NCBI GenBank assembly: GCA_030141605.1
Contig: JAQGDQ010000382.1
Location: 159,462 to 223,461 of the forward strand
Length of the DNA stretch: 64,000 nucleotides
Direction of reading: 5' to 3'
Origin: Tubiluchus corallicola
Taxonomy: Eukaryota > Animalia > Priapulida
Part shown: in pieces, positions 1 through 12,641 of the stretch
Layout of the letters: each line of letters starts with the position of its first letter
Numbering within the stretch: the stretch's first letter is position 1
Notes under the pieces: generated by a model
The model's input: only the letters and a program-made list of their open reading frames with translations
Databases searched by the model: none
Told to the model about the DNA's origin: nothing
Made by a program: the position numbers and the translations under genes

Positions 1-234
1 CTTCCTGTCCCTCTCTCTTTCTCCCTTCCTCTCTAAGAGAGGAAGGGAGAGAAAAAATCAATAAATCAATAAAAAAATGCATTACTTTTTACATAGTAGG
101 CAGCCCATCATGCATTCAGCTAGCCTCTTTCCTCAGGAAAAACAATAAAATTTTACTTACAAGAAAACTGAAGAGGCATTTGCAAGTACATAATACAAAC
201 TTATTGCTACAATTTTTTTCATTTTCATGAAACG

Positions 235-318
235 TTTTCAGTTTTTTTAAACTAATAATTGCTTTTAATTGAGATGTTTTCAGGTTTTTTAAACTAATAA
301 TTGCTTTTAATTGAGATA
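235..318. repeat. Local tandem duplication of about 42 bp
   Basis: TTTTCAG(G/T)TTTTTTAAACTAATAATTGCTTTTAATTGAGAT occurs twice. Confidence 0.85.
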
Positions 319-2174
319 TACTTCTTTTATTAAAAACGCAAAAGTGATTTTGGTTTATCAAAATTGAGCGTATGCCAACATTATTGATGAACTTAAGAAT
401 ATTATTATTACAGTCAATGCGCCGCAAATTTTTTTTTACTGATTCGCCGTTTGATGCCGCCAGCATAGCCGCTAATCGCAAAAACTAAATACGTAACAAT
501 AGTTATTTTCGTCACTCCCTCTTTGTACACTTTGTTGCATACTTTGTATTTAACTTGAATAGTTTCAAAGTGAGGAAGATTTCCTGTCTTGTTAATTTAG
601 TTTTTACTGTAAACGAAAGCAAGTTTGAGAAGCTTCAACTAGGGAATGAAAAATACTCGGGAATTTTTGTTTTCCATAGTCCTTCGGCATTATGCTTAAA
701 CATAGTTTGATTAAACACTATTGCATATTTTCTTTTCATTATATTTAGTTTGATTTTATCATGCATATTTTGTTTCCTTCACTGATTTATTATTTATGTT
801 TAATTTTTTCTTTTTGGCATTTTGCCTGGTTTGACTCTTTTCTAGTTCATGTTTATGTGTCTGTTTATGTTTTAAACGGTTGGTTAAATGCTTTACGTAT
901 TTCGTTGATCATCATTTCATCTTAATGCTTCCTTGTTGCATACACTATTTAGTTATTTCGCTTTCAAGTTTAATTTCTTCCTCTGCAATTTATAAATTTA
1001 TATTAACAGTTGATTTTCTTAGCTTACTTACATAATTATATTACATTGTTTAATTAGCAGCGCTACAATTTTTTTACAATTTACACTAACCTGAGAAGGG
1101 TAGCTGACTTGGTGACCAATTGGTCTTTCGCTCCCTTTTTCCTGCACCCCCAACTCTTTCCTTTGTACACAATTTATCCTGTTTAATTAATAACTATAGC
1201 ATTAATAGTCTATTTGTATTCTAGCATAAACAAGTAGATAAATAAAATGTCTGTGTCTGTTAAAGAGTTCAAATTTTTTTATCATATGATCCCTATTAAT
1301 CAATACACCTTTTTAAAATAAATTACTTTTACTTTACGTTATCTAACTGCACTTTAAAAAGGATTCATTATATTTTCTGAATTTTATTTTCTATGTAAAT
1401 ACTCCTAAATTTCTTCTATGTAATACATATGTATGTATTTTCTTTTTCTGGGAATTTTTCAGCTGCCTAGCTAGGTATTGCTTAACTTTGATAGCCAATC
1501 ATATGCCGTGATCACTTATTATTGCGAATATGCAGAACAGACCAACATCATTCACTACCTAATCGCTTTGATGTTATAAATACATTGAAAGTAAATAATC
1601 AATAATTAGCGATTACGACTCCTCATCCTTTGTGAAAGTGTCGAGACACCACTAAACTTACATATGTCTGATTCAGTATAAGTTTTGTTGTCAGTTTCTA
1701 CAGCGTATGTTGTTGTTTACACCTGTCAGCTGCTAGCTCTTTTTTGGAATGAGGCATATATTTTAGTAGTTGTTTTTTGTCATTATTATTTAAACTCAAC
1801 AATAAACTTGTCACCAGAAGACCCACAGTACTATTTTTAACTTTTTACATGTAATTTTACAGCAAGCTTCTGTGCTGCAGATACTGTTGATTAAATTTAT
1901 TGTAATGCTGTTTAAAACAATTCGGTCAAACAAGTTATTGGAACATGGTAGTTCCCAAAAATCAGCTGAGCAACATTGCTTAGCAGCTGAAGTTGAAGAG
2001 CGATAGTTGAAAGCCTATGATGTTAATTCATTAGACACCTGATGCTCTTAGTGATTTTGTGCTTTTTTAACCTGGTTATTATGATATTTCAGCAAGACAC
2101 TTAACCGATGAGAACTACTACTACAACTACAAGGACTATGAAGTGAGTTATTGTTGCAAATACAAACTCCCATA

Positions 2175-5144
2175 ATGAAAGCCAAATCACTCAAGAAGAT
2201 GAAGAAGAAGAAGAAGCAAAATATTAAAAGATCTTTGCTGCAAATGGACCAAGGAAAAAGTGAAATGTGTGCCATAGCGACATGTACTACTGTATGTGAT
2301 ACCGTACCTGTTGATGCATCACTTTTACAGACTTTACCTAATAAAAATTCTAATAAATCAGTTAAAGGCAAAGTTAAACTAATAGAAGACTTGAAAACAC
2401 AATTGAAATTGAATGAAATTCAGTCCTCAACTTCACAAGACGGTCTTTTGAGGCCAAATTTAGAAATACAAGAAAGCAGACAGCCAGAGGTTGTTGTCTT
2501 TAATGACCCAGCAAAAAAGTCACAGCAGGTATTGTCTCTGTGTTTTGTATTTTTAAACATGGGGCTGCTTTATTAATGTAGGTTCACTGACCTTGTTTTA
2601 ATGTACTAAATTTATCAGACCAACAAATTAAGGAAAATCCTGTTTGAATTTTTGCCTTGAAGTAGCTGATTGTCATTTTTCTTGAATAGTAATAATATCG
2701 CCAGTTGTGATAATGTGCTGCCAGCTGTTATTTGCTTACACGGCAAATAGAAACATTTTTGCTAAAAAGTCGTACGTGCAATGCATTATAACTTTGATGT
2801 AACTTGTGCATTTTTAAGGAGCAGCTAAAGTGTTTATGCTGCAGAAAGTTGCTTTATCAAACTCTGCATATGGAGAATTGCATGTGTTGCAAAATGGTAC
2901 ATTTATTTATTTTCTGAGAGTACAATAATGTTGCCTGCCACTTTTAGATTGTTTGTATTTTGAGTTTTTTAATTATAACTTACTAATCCTGCAACCGTGA
3001 AATGTTCACTTTTGGATTAGTATAAAATACCAGTTTAATTATACTAGCAGCATTATTTTTGTATACATGTATGTTTTGGGTGCATGTAACATAGCTCTTG
3101 TAATTGAGTGTGTCAGTTTGCCATTGCAAGTGTAATGCCATGTATTATACTTATTCATATTGTAAACGTTTGTTTGCTCAATAAGTGTTAACATGTAATA
3201 CCTACGTAGTAAAAAATATAACAACTGAATTTGCATTAGCCATTGGCTCTACTCTAGTGCATATTTTTCTACTACATTTTTTAGGGGAATAAAAGAGCTG
3301 CTGTTCCTGTAGAAGTAAAAGGTGCTGAAGAAGATCTTAGTGACATTTTTGCCAAAGCAAGACACGATGTTCATCAGTTTGGCATTAGCGGCATGGAGAA
3401 AGAGTCAAAGGAGGCAGCACGGGAGAAACTTCTGCTTAAATTGGGGGCCAAAGTAATGTGCTGTTGATTACTGCATTTATTGCTTAGGGTTATAATGTAC
3501 TAATTTAGTGATGAGTAACAGGTGAAGAGCATAAAAGTGATACGAGTAAAGATTTTACATTGTCATGCCACCAAAGTTGTAAAACATTTAATTCTGAATT
3601 CCTGCCCATTATGTATATGCGGGCCAAAGTACCACGTGTAAGGGACCGAGGGACCTTATCTTTAGTAGCCTGACAACAACGTAAGTCTATATATACAATC
3701 TAGTTGTATTTGCATTAACAAGCAAACATTGATTTCAATTAGCATTATACTATAAGACTAGTAGTAGGCCTATTGTCTACTGTATAAATCTGACTGCATT
3801 GAAACTGAAAGAAATGTTGCAGTGTGTTTTGCTGTAATAGTAAATTCTGCTCGTGCTTGTGTTGTCTATGTGAACATAATATAATACCTGTCTTTGTATT
3901 TTGTTGAGTTTTCTTTGGTCTATAAACAATCAGTCTGTCAATTAGTCATCAGTGTAGCATATGCAGAACATTTGCAATTTTTGTGATTGCTATTCATTGG
4001 TTGCAAGCAATCTATTTGTGGTTACAGTATTGAAACTACATTGCCACAGTGCTGCAACATTGCTAAGTGTTGCCTTATTGCCAAGTGCATGCTTCTATTA
4101 AATTTTTAGAAGGTGATACGTTTGACTTGGTCATTTTTGTAATTTTTACCTGTTTATAGCGGTAGAAACATTAAAGGAAATTTCTCTTGTACTTTTGGTG
4201 GCCTCCTCAAAGTTAATGATATGATCTAAGAACTGTTATAAGAACCTATAAAATTTCTGCTTAAGCTAAAATTTATTTGTATTTTTCCTTTCTAGCCAAC
4301 AAAAAACAAATATTACAATTACAAGGAATATATGGAGTTACAGAAACAAGCAAAGCAAAAGGCTGCAGATCAAAAGAACTTGAACAGAGCACTAGGTTAC
4401 AGCGTAAAGCTGCCAGAGAAACCTAAACGGTACATTGTATCTAACTTTTATGATTAATACTTATGTAGTCATAACTGGACTTAGATGTCTATAATCATTG
4501 TTAATTATCGTGTAAGTTTATGTTTTGTTTGACCTGAGCAAATTTTTTGTAGTAACACAGCAAACTGTTTTAATTTAGGTATACTTTTACATGTTTTATG
4601 CTTATATGGTAACTGTCTTTGTGCCATTGTTTTTGACCTATCTTTGACTGCCTGTCCTCAAATTTTTCTCTCATTTCTCCTACCCTTCGTCTCTCCCTTT
4701 GTATCTGCTTCTTGGGGTGTCGCCTCTCTGTGTTATTTTGGTGTGGAATTTTGTTTTTTAAAAATTTGCTATTTTGTAAGTGCCAAAAAATCCTAAATAC
4801 AAAACAGACATGCAGTTATGTTGTTAAAGTATAAATTTAAAATCAGAAGTAATATCCAGTTAGGTCTACTTGCCTTTGTGTCATATAAACATGCTGTTTC
4901 ATCGAGTGTTTCATGTAAATTGTAAACCATTCTGTTTTGCAAACAGGCTGTCATATATTGATTCTTTCTAAGTATGCTGCAAATTCTTCACTTTATTTTT
5001 CTATTGTTTTTTTTTAGAAAACGTAACCGTGATGACATCTTGACGAAAATAGACCTGCCCTTTGGAAAGTTTGATGGTGGAATGTTATCGTTGCACAAAG
5101 ACGAACTCGGCAAAATGAAGAAATCAAAACTAAAACGTACATAG
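2175..5144 (+). CDS. C1orf131: C1orf131/DUF4602-family protein (40S small-subunit processome assembly factor-like), about 260 aa, 4 coding exons
   Basis: Exons 2175-2528, 3285-3452, 4296-4429, 5018-5144 all have GT-AG boundaries and consistent phases (783 nt, TAG at 5142). Translation has EVVVFNDP...KARHDVHQFGISG...LLKLGAKPTKNKYYNYKE...GKFDGGMLSL, matching the DUF4602 pattern I recall from C1orf131 (V-H-x-FGI-x-G, LGAKP, NYK, G-x-F-x-x-G-x-L). Start ATG is inferred; an acceptor at 2092 suggests a non-coding upstream exon. Confidence 0.8.
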
Positions 5145-5230
5145 CATTCATTTCTGTAGTCTTGTAGAAGTTTTTTACTTGTATTTAACTGATACCATTG
5201 TATCATATTACTTTTAACCTCAGATCATCT

Positions 5231-5824
5231 TTGAAGGAAGGCAGGATGATTTTTGATATGCTACACCATTTTCAAGTCGGATAAAAAGTATACTTTTTAA
5301 CACAATTAATACTTCAAAAGCATTTCTGATAATTAAATAATAGATTAAAATGTTAATTAATGGCCAACGAGCCCAACTATTGATGACATCACAAACTAAC
5401 ATAGTTTTTAACAGGAAAAATATTTCACGAGCATGTTTGTGAAAGTAAAATTTGAAGTACGGTGCTACTATAAGATATTCAGTGTGTTGTACTAAAACTA
5501 GGCAAGTTTTATTATAAAAAAATCAAATTTACCGCTGTGCTCACGCATGAGCTATCGAACATGTGTAGTTCTACACAAACTAACACATCTGAAATGAGAA
5601 GTACAGCACCTGTTTTTTGTGCAATGCATTTCTGAAATATCCGTCTAACTAGTAAATGGCAAAATGCATGTAACAGTGAAGAACTAGTGGCGCGAATGCA
5701 AAATTGTGTTGTAATAATTCTTTCATGTAAGGCATCCTTTAAAAAGTAGTATCTTCCCTTTCAATATTTTAAAGAGTAGATTGTTTTGACCTGCAGTTTA
5801 AGATTGGGTTCGGTTTTACTTTAG
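5231..5824 (-). mobile_element. Non-autonomous TTAA-flanked DNA transposon (Kolobok-like MITE), family A copy 1, reverse orientation
   Basis: Reverse complement aligns by eye with 39877-40481 and 58819-59362 (shared TTAGTTTGTGATGTCATCAATAGTTGGGCT core and AAATCATC-TG...TTCCTT end). Termini are degenerate TTAA-AG...CT-TTAA. Confidence 0.8.
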
Positions 5825-5998
5825 TTGCTTGTACCAGTTTTTCAGCAGAAACAATTACTGCAACTTGCAGCTGCACTGAAAAAATAGTGAACTGAATTGT
5901 CATGTGTACATATAAACAAAATAGAAATTTATTTTCTCGATTAAAATTAAAAGATTTCATTCAAATTTGTAATTGCAAAGGTAAACAGACTAGCAATA

Positions 5999-6313
5999 CA
6001 GTCGACCCTCGTTAAACCGGACCCCGTTAGCCCGGATATCGGATAAGACGTCATCCGTGGTAAAGGAAACTGCTAAACACAACACGGCCTACCAACTGTA
6101 CAATAATTTCTTTATCCTCACATGTTAACTATTTTAAAGTAATATACAGTATAGTATATAGTGCACAGTATATAGTACAATGTATATAGGCCTTATTAAG
6201 GTGATTATTCCTGTATAATATAGACTATACACAGGCATATCGGATAAATCGGACAATCGGCTAAACCGTACCACCCATCCCCCCAATTAGTCCGGTTTAA
6301 CGAGGGTTGACTG
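5999..6313. mobile_element. pogo/Tigger-like (Tc1/mariner superfamily) MITE
   Basis: 24-bp TIRs CAGTCGACCCTCGTTAAACCGGAC / GTCCGGTTTAACGAGGGTTGACTG (1 mismatch), flanked by TA on both sides. Confidence 0.88.
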
Positions 6314-8492
6314 TACTTTATTAGCTAGCATTCATTGAAAAGGGTCATCCAACAGTAACTACACCTACAAATGTATACACACAGAAATTCAAAAAAAATA
6401 TTACAATGGCTGTATGTACAGTTTTTGTAAAAAGGATGGACAAAAAGTCTTCGTCAAAGTAGCTGCACATAATACAGTCAACACAACATAGATCAGATAT
6501 AGTTGGCACATTGAGAATACATACATAATACCACTATTTGACATTCTTAAAATTATAGGCCGAGGCAATGGACTTGTAATCAAAAGTTGTCTGTTGAAAT
6601 CCAGGCTTAGTCCCAGTTTTAAACATTTCAGTCAAAAACTCACGGACTGTGGGTGCATTCCATCATTAACCAATGACATTGAAATTAAAATTATGCATAA
6701 TTAATATATTTGTGTGCTTGTAAACCAAAACCACCCATAAATCGGCATACATAAAACTACGTGATGCTTCAAAGTAGAATGTACCATAAATTTTGTGAAA
6801 ATGTTGATTTCTTGTTTTTTATAAAAACAAACGCGAAACATATTGGAGTATTATATTCTAGCATCAATCCACCTTTCTGGCTAGAAACTAGTAATGCAAT
6901 TGTAAAAAACTTGTATTTTTAAACTCCGATAGTTGTTCGTGGAAGCTGTCATTTTGCTTCGGGTTTTTTCTGTTGCCAAGCTCAAATCTTCATCAGGAAG
7001 GATCATCTAATGGATTTAAACATAACTTCAATGTGCTCTTGAAAAGTCCATAGCAACCACACTTTCGTACAGTTGCTAAGTGTTTTGCGGCAGCACGACA
7101 AAAAACAATGGCTAGCTTTAACAGCAATTATCTCATGGTTATGTTTTCCAGTGCACTTCAACTTCAACGTGGATTATCTCAGCTTAGAAATAACATACAG
7201 CGATAAGCTCGGTATCAAAATGATCTTCACGAAATTGAGATTTAGGATATGTGAATAATTAAAAAAGCTTAATTGCCGAGTCTAGGACGATTTTGCTATG
7301 CAAGCACACATTTGTAAAAGTTTTTCCTATTTTCATTTTTTTCTTGCAAAGTGATATTTGACAAAGGTCAGGAAAAAGACACAATGTGCATATATTATGC
7401 CTAAACAACTATATGAAGCACAACAATTGAAAATCCAATGATGTTAGAAGAGTTAATCATGATGACATCTTGACAAAGAATGAATAAATGAATTCATTTA
7501 ATTCACTGGATTTAATTCACGGGATGGTTTATTGTAATAGATAGTATTATAAACAAAAATTGTCGATGCACTGCACTGCACAATGTCGATACAAACGTAA
7601 CAAATATACACTGCCCTCAAGTATCCGATCATGAGTCACAGCATGCTATTGAACAATCAGCATCTCAAATCTGTCTTAATTGCAAAGAACCCCTTCAATC
7701 TTTCCAAATTTCTTCGATCCAGTTCTCTTAGCATATGCAAAAATGTTTTTTTGAGATTTTGCATAATCTATAATAATAGTGTTGGCAAAGAAAGTGAAAT
7801 TTGCATTGCATAAAACAAATTAACTATTTAAAGCAGCATGTCACAAAAATTACCAATAAAAGCGAAATTTACAGCAAATGAAACCTGGTTTCACTTTAAA
7901 GTCATTTTCAGACCCCAAAGCAGTAGGCTGTGCTGTTAAATGCACAAACCATAGTTAGGACTTTATAATGTAATCCCACTACATTTGTTCATTTAATACT
8001 CAAACTGATCATTTACTATCAAACAAGCTTCCACTATACATCAGTATTAAGGTTATATCATGTACATGTCTATGATATAATTTAGCCTATATATGACATA
8101 AGCCTGTAATAGTCATATAACATATAAGCCTATAACATGACTATAACAGCATGTTATAGTGGTGAGAAGAGAAAACGATGTCGTTTGTTTGTAGCTGACT
8201 TGGTGTAAAAATTAAGCGAAGGACTTACAAAGGTGTTATCATGACATAAGCTGTAACGATATCACAGTTCAAGATAATGCAAATCTCAAGGCATGTTGTA
8301 AAAGTAACACTTGGGCACAAAAAAACACATCCAACACCACCATATGCCAAACCAATCGCTGAATCCACCAAATGCAAAAAATACTAATCCTATACATTTC
8401 CACAGTGCACATTTTGGTGTCCTTTTCTTGGCTAATCACTGCCACTGTCATGTTGCTAATTAGGCGAACAATTTTTTGATTATCCCTTACTG

Positions 8493-11400
8493 CTATGACT
8501 CACGCACGGGCAAAAGATGTCCTTCAGTGTTGAACACCCACTTATTGAAGTTAATTAATTTCGGATCATCATCAAACAATAAATACAAATATTTTAACGT
8601 TTCGCCTAGAAAAAAGGATTCCATCATGTCCCGCCATCCGGGACTTTCGGAATTTTTCACGTTATTGATTGACGTGTAACCCTGTTCGTCTAAACGTGTG
8701 TGCTTCTCAAAGGCCTGAAAAATCTTCCAGCCCATGTCCTGGTATTTTGACTCCCCAGTCAACTGGTACAGATAGTACAAAGATTCTACTGTTTCCGGTC
8801 GTAAGAGATTGTGAGCATCGGCACCCTGAAATGAGCGAAAATCCTAGAAGCATGTGAAAATACTAAGCTAAGGTTTTAATAGTACATCAGAACAAATCAA
8901 GCAAAACTAATCACACCATTAAGACTAAAGAAGCAACTAACTAAGGTATCATAATACAAATAAAAATACTTAATTATTTCATGGTCAGTAATAAATCGGG
9001 ACACCTGAATTTTTTGTTGTGTATAAAACCAATTAGGTGCATGCAAAAAAGTTATGCACCAGTAGATGGTCCACACATAAATACTCAGCTTTATGACAAT
9101 GCAAACACAATATGTGGTGTGCTGACTTGAAAAATGAAAAAGAATGTCAACAAAACAAATGTTTCAATACCTTCTAGCTTAACAACATAGTATAACTTAA
9201 TTTCTCCTACAAACATTCCTACGTTTTTGTTTCAGTGATCACCTGGGCCACAGAGTGGGCGTTTTTCAACAGCTAACTTATTATTACATGTCAATAATGG
9301 ATAAGGCAGCGCATTCTCCATTATATTCCAATGATTCAGTAACAAAATAGGCTTACTATTTTTGGTATCACTATCTTTGGTATTAGTAATCAAAATCGTG
9401 CCTTTGAAGGAAAAACTGTTTCTTCTAGAGGCTGATAGTCATTAGAAGAGAATGAACAAATGTAAAAAGAGCACATACTGGGTGACCCAAAAGAGTTTGC
9501 TGTATTCCAAGATTAAGAAATTTAGAAATTTTAGATCTATTTGGTGTTTTAATGTTGTCTTTGGATAGTGAAAAATTTCAAAAATCTTTAGGAGAAAGAG
9601 TAGGTAAGTGGTCACGATATCTACCTAGGGATTAAAACTCAGCAACGTTGAACCCGGCTAGTAAATGAATGGAAAAAAATGAGAAAATAACTTTTGGGCA
9701 ATGTCACTTGAAACAGCCTCCGTCTAATTACCAGATTTCACGTACAACTAAAGGTGTCCAAGGCACTTTTGCCAAGTATCTCATTTTGGAGGATTTGATA
9801 ATGAAATAGGGTCTGGTTTTGTTACAAGCATCAATATAATAAGTAGGCAGATGAGGTTTAGAAATCCTTATAGAAGATGCTTGTTAAGCAGTTGATTAAC
9901 TAATTGCATTTTATTAGTACATGGCTATATTTTTAAATCAAAATTTACTGGAAGTTGCAAATCGCTTGTTCAAGCACATTTCTTGACATGCGTTATTAAT
10001 TTTACCATTTTGATGAAACTAGTCTTTGCAACGTGCGGCAACTCTACATGGTGTTCCTTGAGCTATCGATACAGAAACTTCAAACTGGTTGCCTTTAAAT
10101 TTCAGGAGTTACTGAATTTTGAATACAGAAGTTTTTATAGCTCAAAATTTATAGTAGAAAGGTATGACAAAAGCACGTATAATATTATTTGGCACATTAT
10201 TTTGCAATTCGCTTTTGAGCAAAATAAACTATTTGCAAAAATGCCAAGTTGCTGGTCATCAGTCAATGCTGCTATTTGGTTTTTTTTATAAAATATAATA
10301 TTCTCAGGTGTCCTACCGTGTGCGATACAACACCCCACAATGTGCAAGCAGCGAATTGCAAATTTCTTTCACTTCTCGTAATCTTTAACACATCTTGTTT
10401 CTCGTATAGTACTAAGATTTATTATTGTTAGGTATAGCTTATTTAAGAAAAACTGATGTACCTTAACATATATATCATCCTGTGTTCCAGGCAACATATT
10501 AAAGTGCGCAATTTCAGGACTTAAGAACGTTGGCATGCGTGCATACATTTGATAGCAGGTATGTAATAACTCTCTCGACAAGTCAAGATGCTCATCTCCA
10601 TTACCTAGACCATTATGGTGACCCAGTGCTAATAAGCCAGCAAAAAAGCAAACCAAATGATCCTGAAAGAATGAAACATAGATAAATCTTTTCTAAAACA
10701 AAAAGCGAGAAAAATCATTAAGGCTCTGAAAATTCCATTCTGCCTCACATTGCTTAATAAACAAGTGTTGACTAATAAGTAATATATATGTATCATGCAA
10801 AAATGTTAGCATTAGACGAGCCTCAAAACTAAACTAGTTGAGGTATATAAAAAAAAACTAATTATGAGTAACTAATACTTTTGAAATGAGTTAACGCTAA
10901 TAAGCAGTACTCTTGCCTTTTGCTCCAGTGTCACAAAACTTCAAAGAAAGAAAAAATGCATAACCATATTCTCTATAATGTTTATTATGCAACCGTACCA
11001 TTTTAGGGCGAAAGGTGTTTCCTCCGACTAGTTCACCAATGAAAGACAGATTGTTAGGACCAGTTTTTCGCAACAGATTCCTCTTGATTCCTTCCAAAGC
11101 CGCAAGATAATCATCTTTTAACCTGCAATGAATAGCAAAATGTTTACATTCATTCGACGAAAAAAGCTTTAAGACAGGCGATGAAAATATCAGTCACTGT
11201 AATATGTATTCTTTTTATAAACAGAAGGAAATATGCATATTTGAAAATGTGTCTGCTAAACTGTGAGGTGTTGTATCACCTACAGTAGGACATCTGAGAA
11301 TATTAGATGTTATAAAAATGCACAACAGCAAAGTTAATATAAACAACAATAAGCAAGTACCAATCTATTGTTTTTCCAGTCTGTATCCACTGCTTCAGTA

Positions 11401-12582
11401 GGTACTCGTAGTAACTGTCTGCCCTTGCTCCCAGTGTTATTGTACCACCAGGTCGAAACTGCCCTGTTTGTGCACTGATAAACATGGGTATTAACCCGTC
11501 TCGTTTAGATAACTGATGTAGATGCTTAGACACTTCAAATGCTGTGTTCTGCCAGATAGACATTGAGATAATTATAGAACAATAAATAGTATATCTTTGG
11601 TTTAACATCATCCTTGGAAACTTTGCACAAATAAGAGAGACTGACTTGTTTATATAATCTTATTCAAAAACAAAAAATAAAACGAGGCAGAGAAAGAGAG
11701 ATGAAAAGAGAGACGAGGGGGAGAGGAGAGAGAGAGAAAGAAAGAGGGAGAGAGGCAGAAGAAAGAGAGAAAAAGGGGCAGAAGAGAAAAAAGTGGAAAG
11801 AAAAGGCAGACTAGCCTTAGTAAAATTGATTTATAATGAAGCATTTGTATTGCTTGCTGCTGTTGCAGTAATGGTAATGATGTTATTATCAGCATAATTA
11901 TTGTTGTTGAACCATTTAAATTTGCAAACAATGATTTATTACATTTCATTAGTGATTAAGTGATTAGATAAGAAATGTGGCTTTTACCTCGTATTTTGGA
12001 TCATTTGTACAGCGAGAGAGATCACGAAATTCCATTTGAATTGTGCTGACTTCTGACACGGTGCTGTCTGGTCCCCACTTTGGGGGCTTTCCTTGCATTG
12101 ATCCAGGATTCACATCTGACCAGGGAATGGGAGATCCAGAACTGAAAGCAGGAAGGAGCCTGTCGCCTAATTCTGTCTGCAAATATGACAACATTTGTCA
12201 TTATGACATGTGTACTTTTTTGTAAGCAGAACTCATTATATTGGTGTGAGTAGACATAAGGTAAACTAGTAGGTTAGTGTGTGCATTAGTGCATTTACAG
12301 ATGGTCATAATCGGCAACATTAAATGCATGCGGCATTCTGTGGTAAATGAGTAAACAAGCTCTAACGTGAAGCTGCCAATTATTCGCAATCACATTAACC
12401 CTTTCACTATGTTGTTGCTTTTTAACTGGGCCACATTGACTTTTGCACGCATGACAATAACTTCTTGCAGTGTGTTACTAAAACAGAATCTTGTAAATAA
12501 ACAAATAGTTGTTCGTTTCTGAGCACTAATATTAAATATTAGTTTTATTTCTACATATACACTCATGCAACACACACGCACA

Positions 12583-12641
<59 letters not shown>

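Noticed and set aside
116-481. 121-aa minus-strand ORF with a repeated SQLKAIISLK peptide
   Set aside because: The repeat comes from a 42-bp local duplication; non-ATG start, no splice or homology support.
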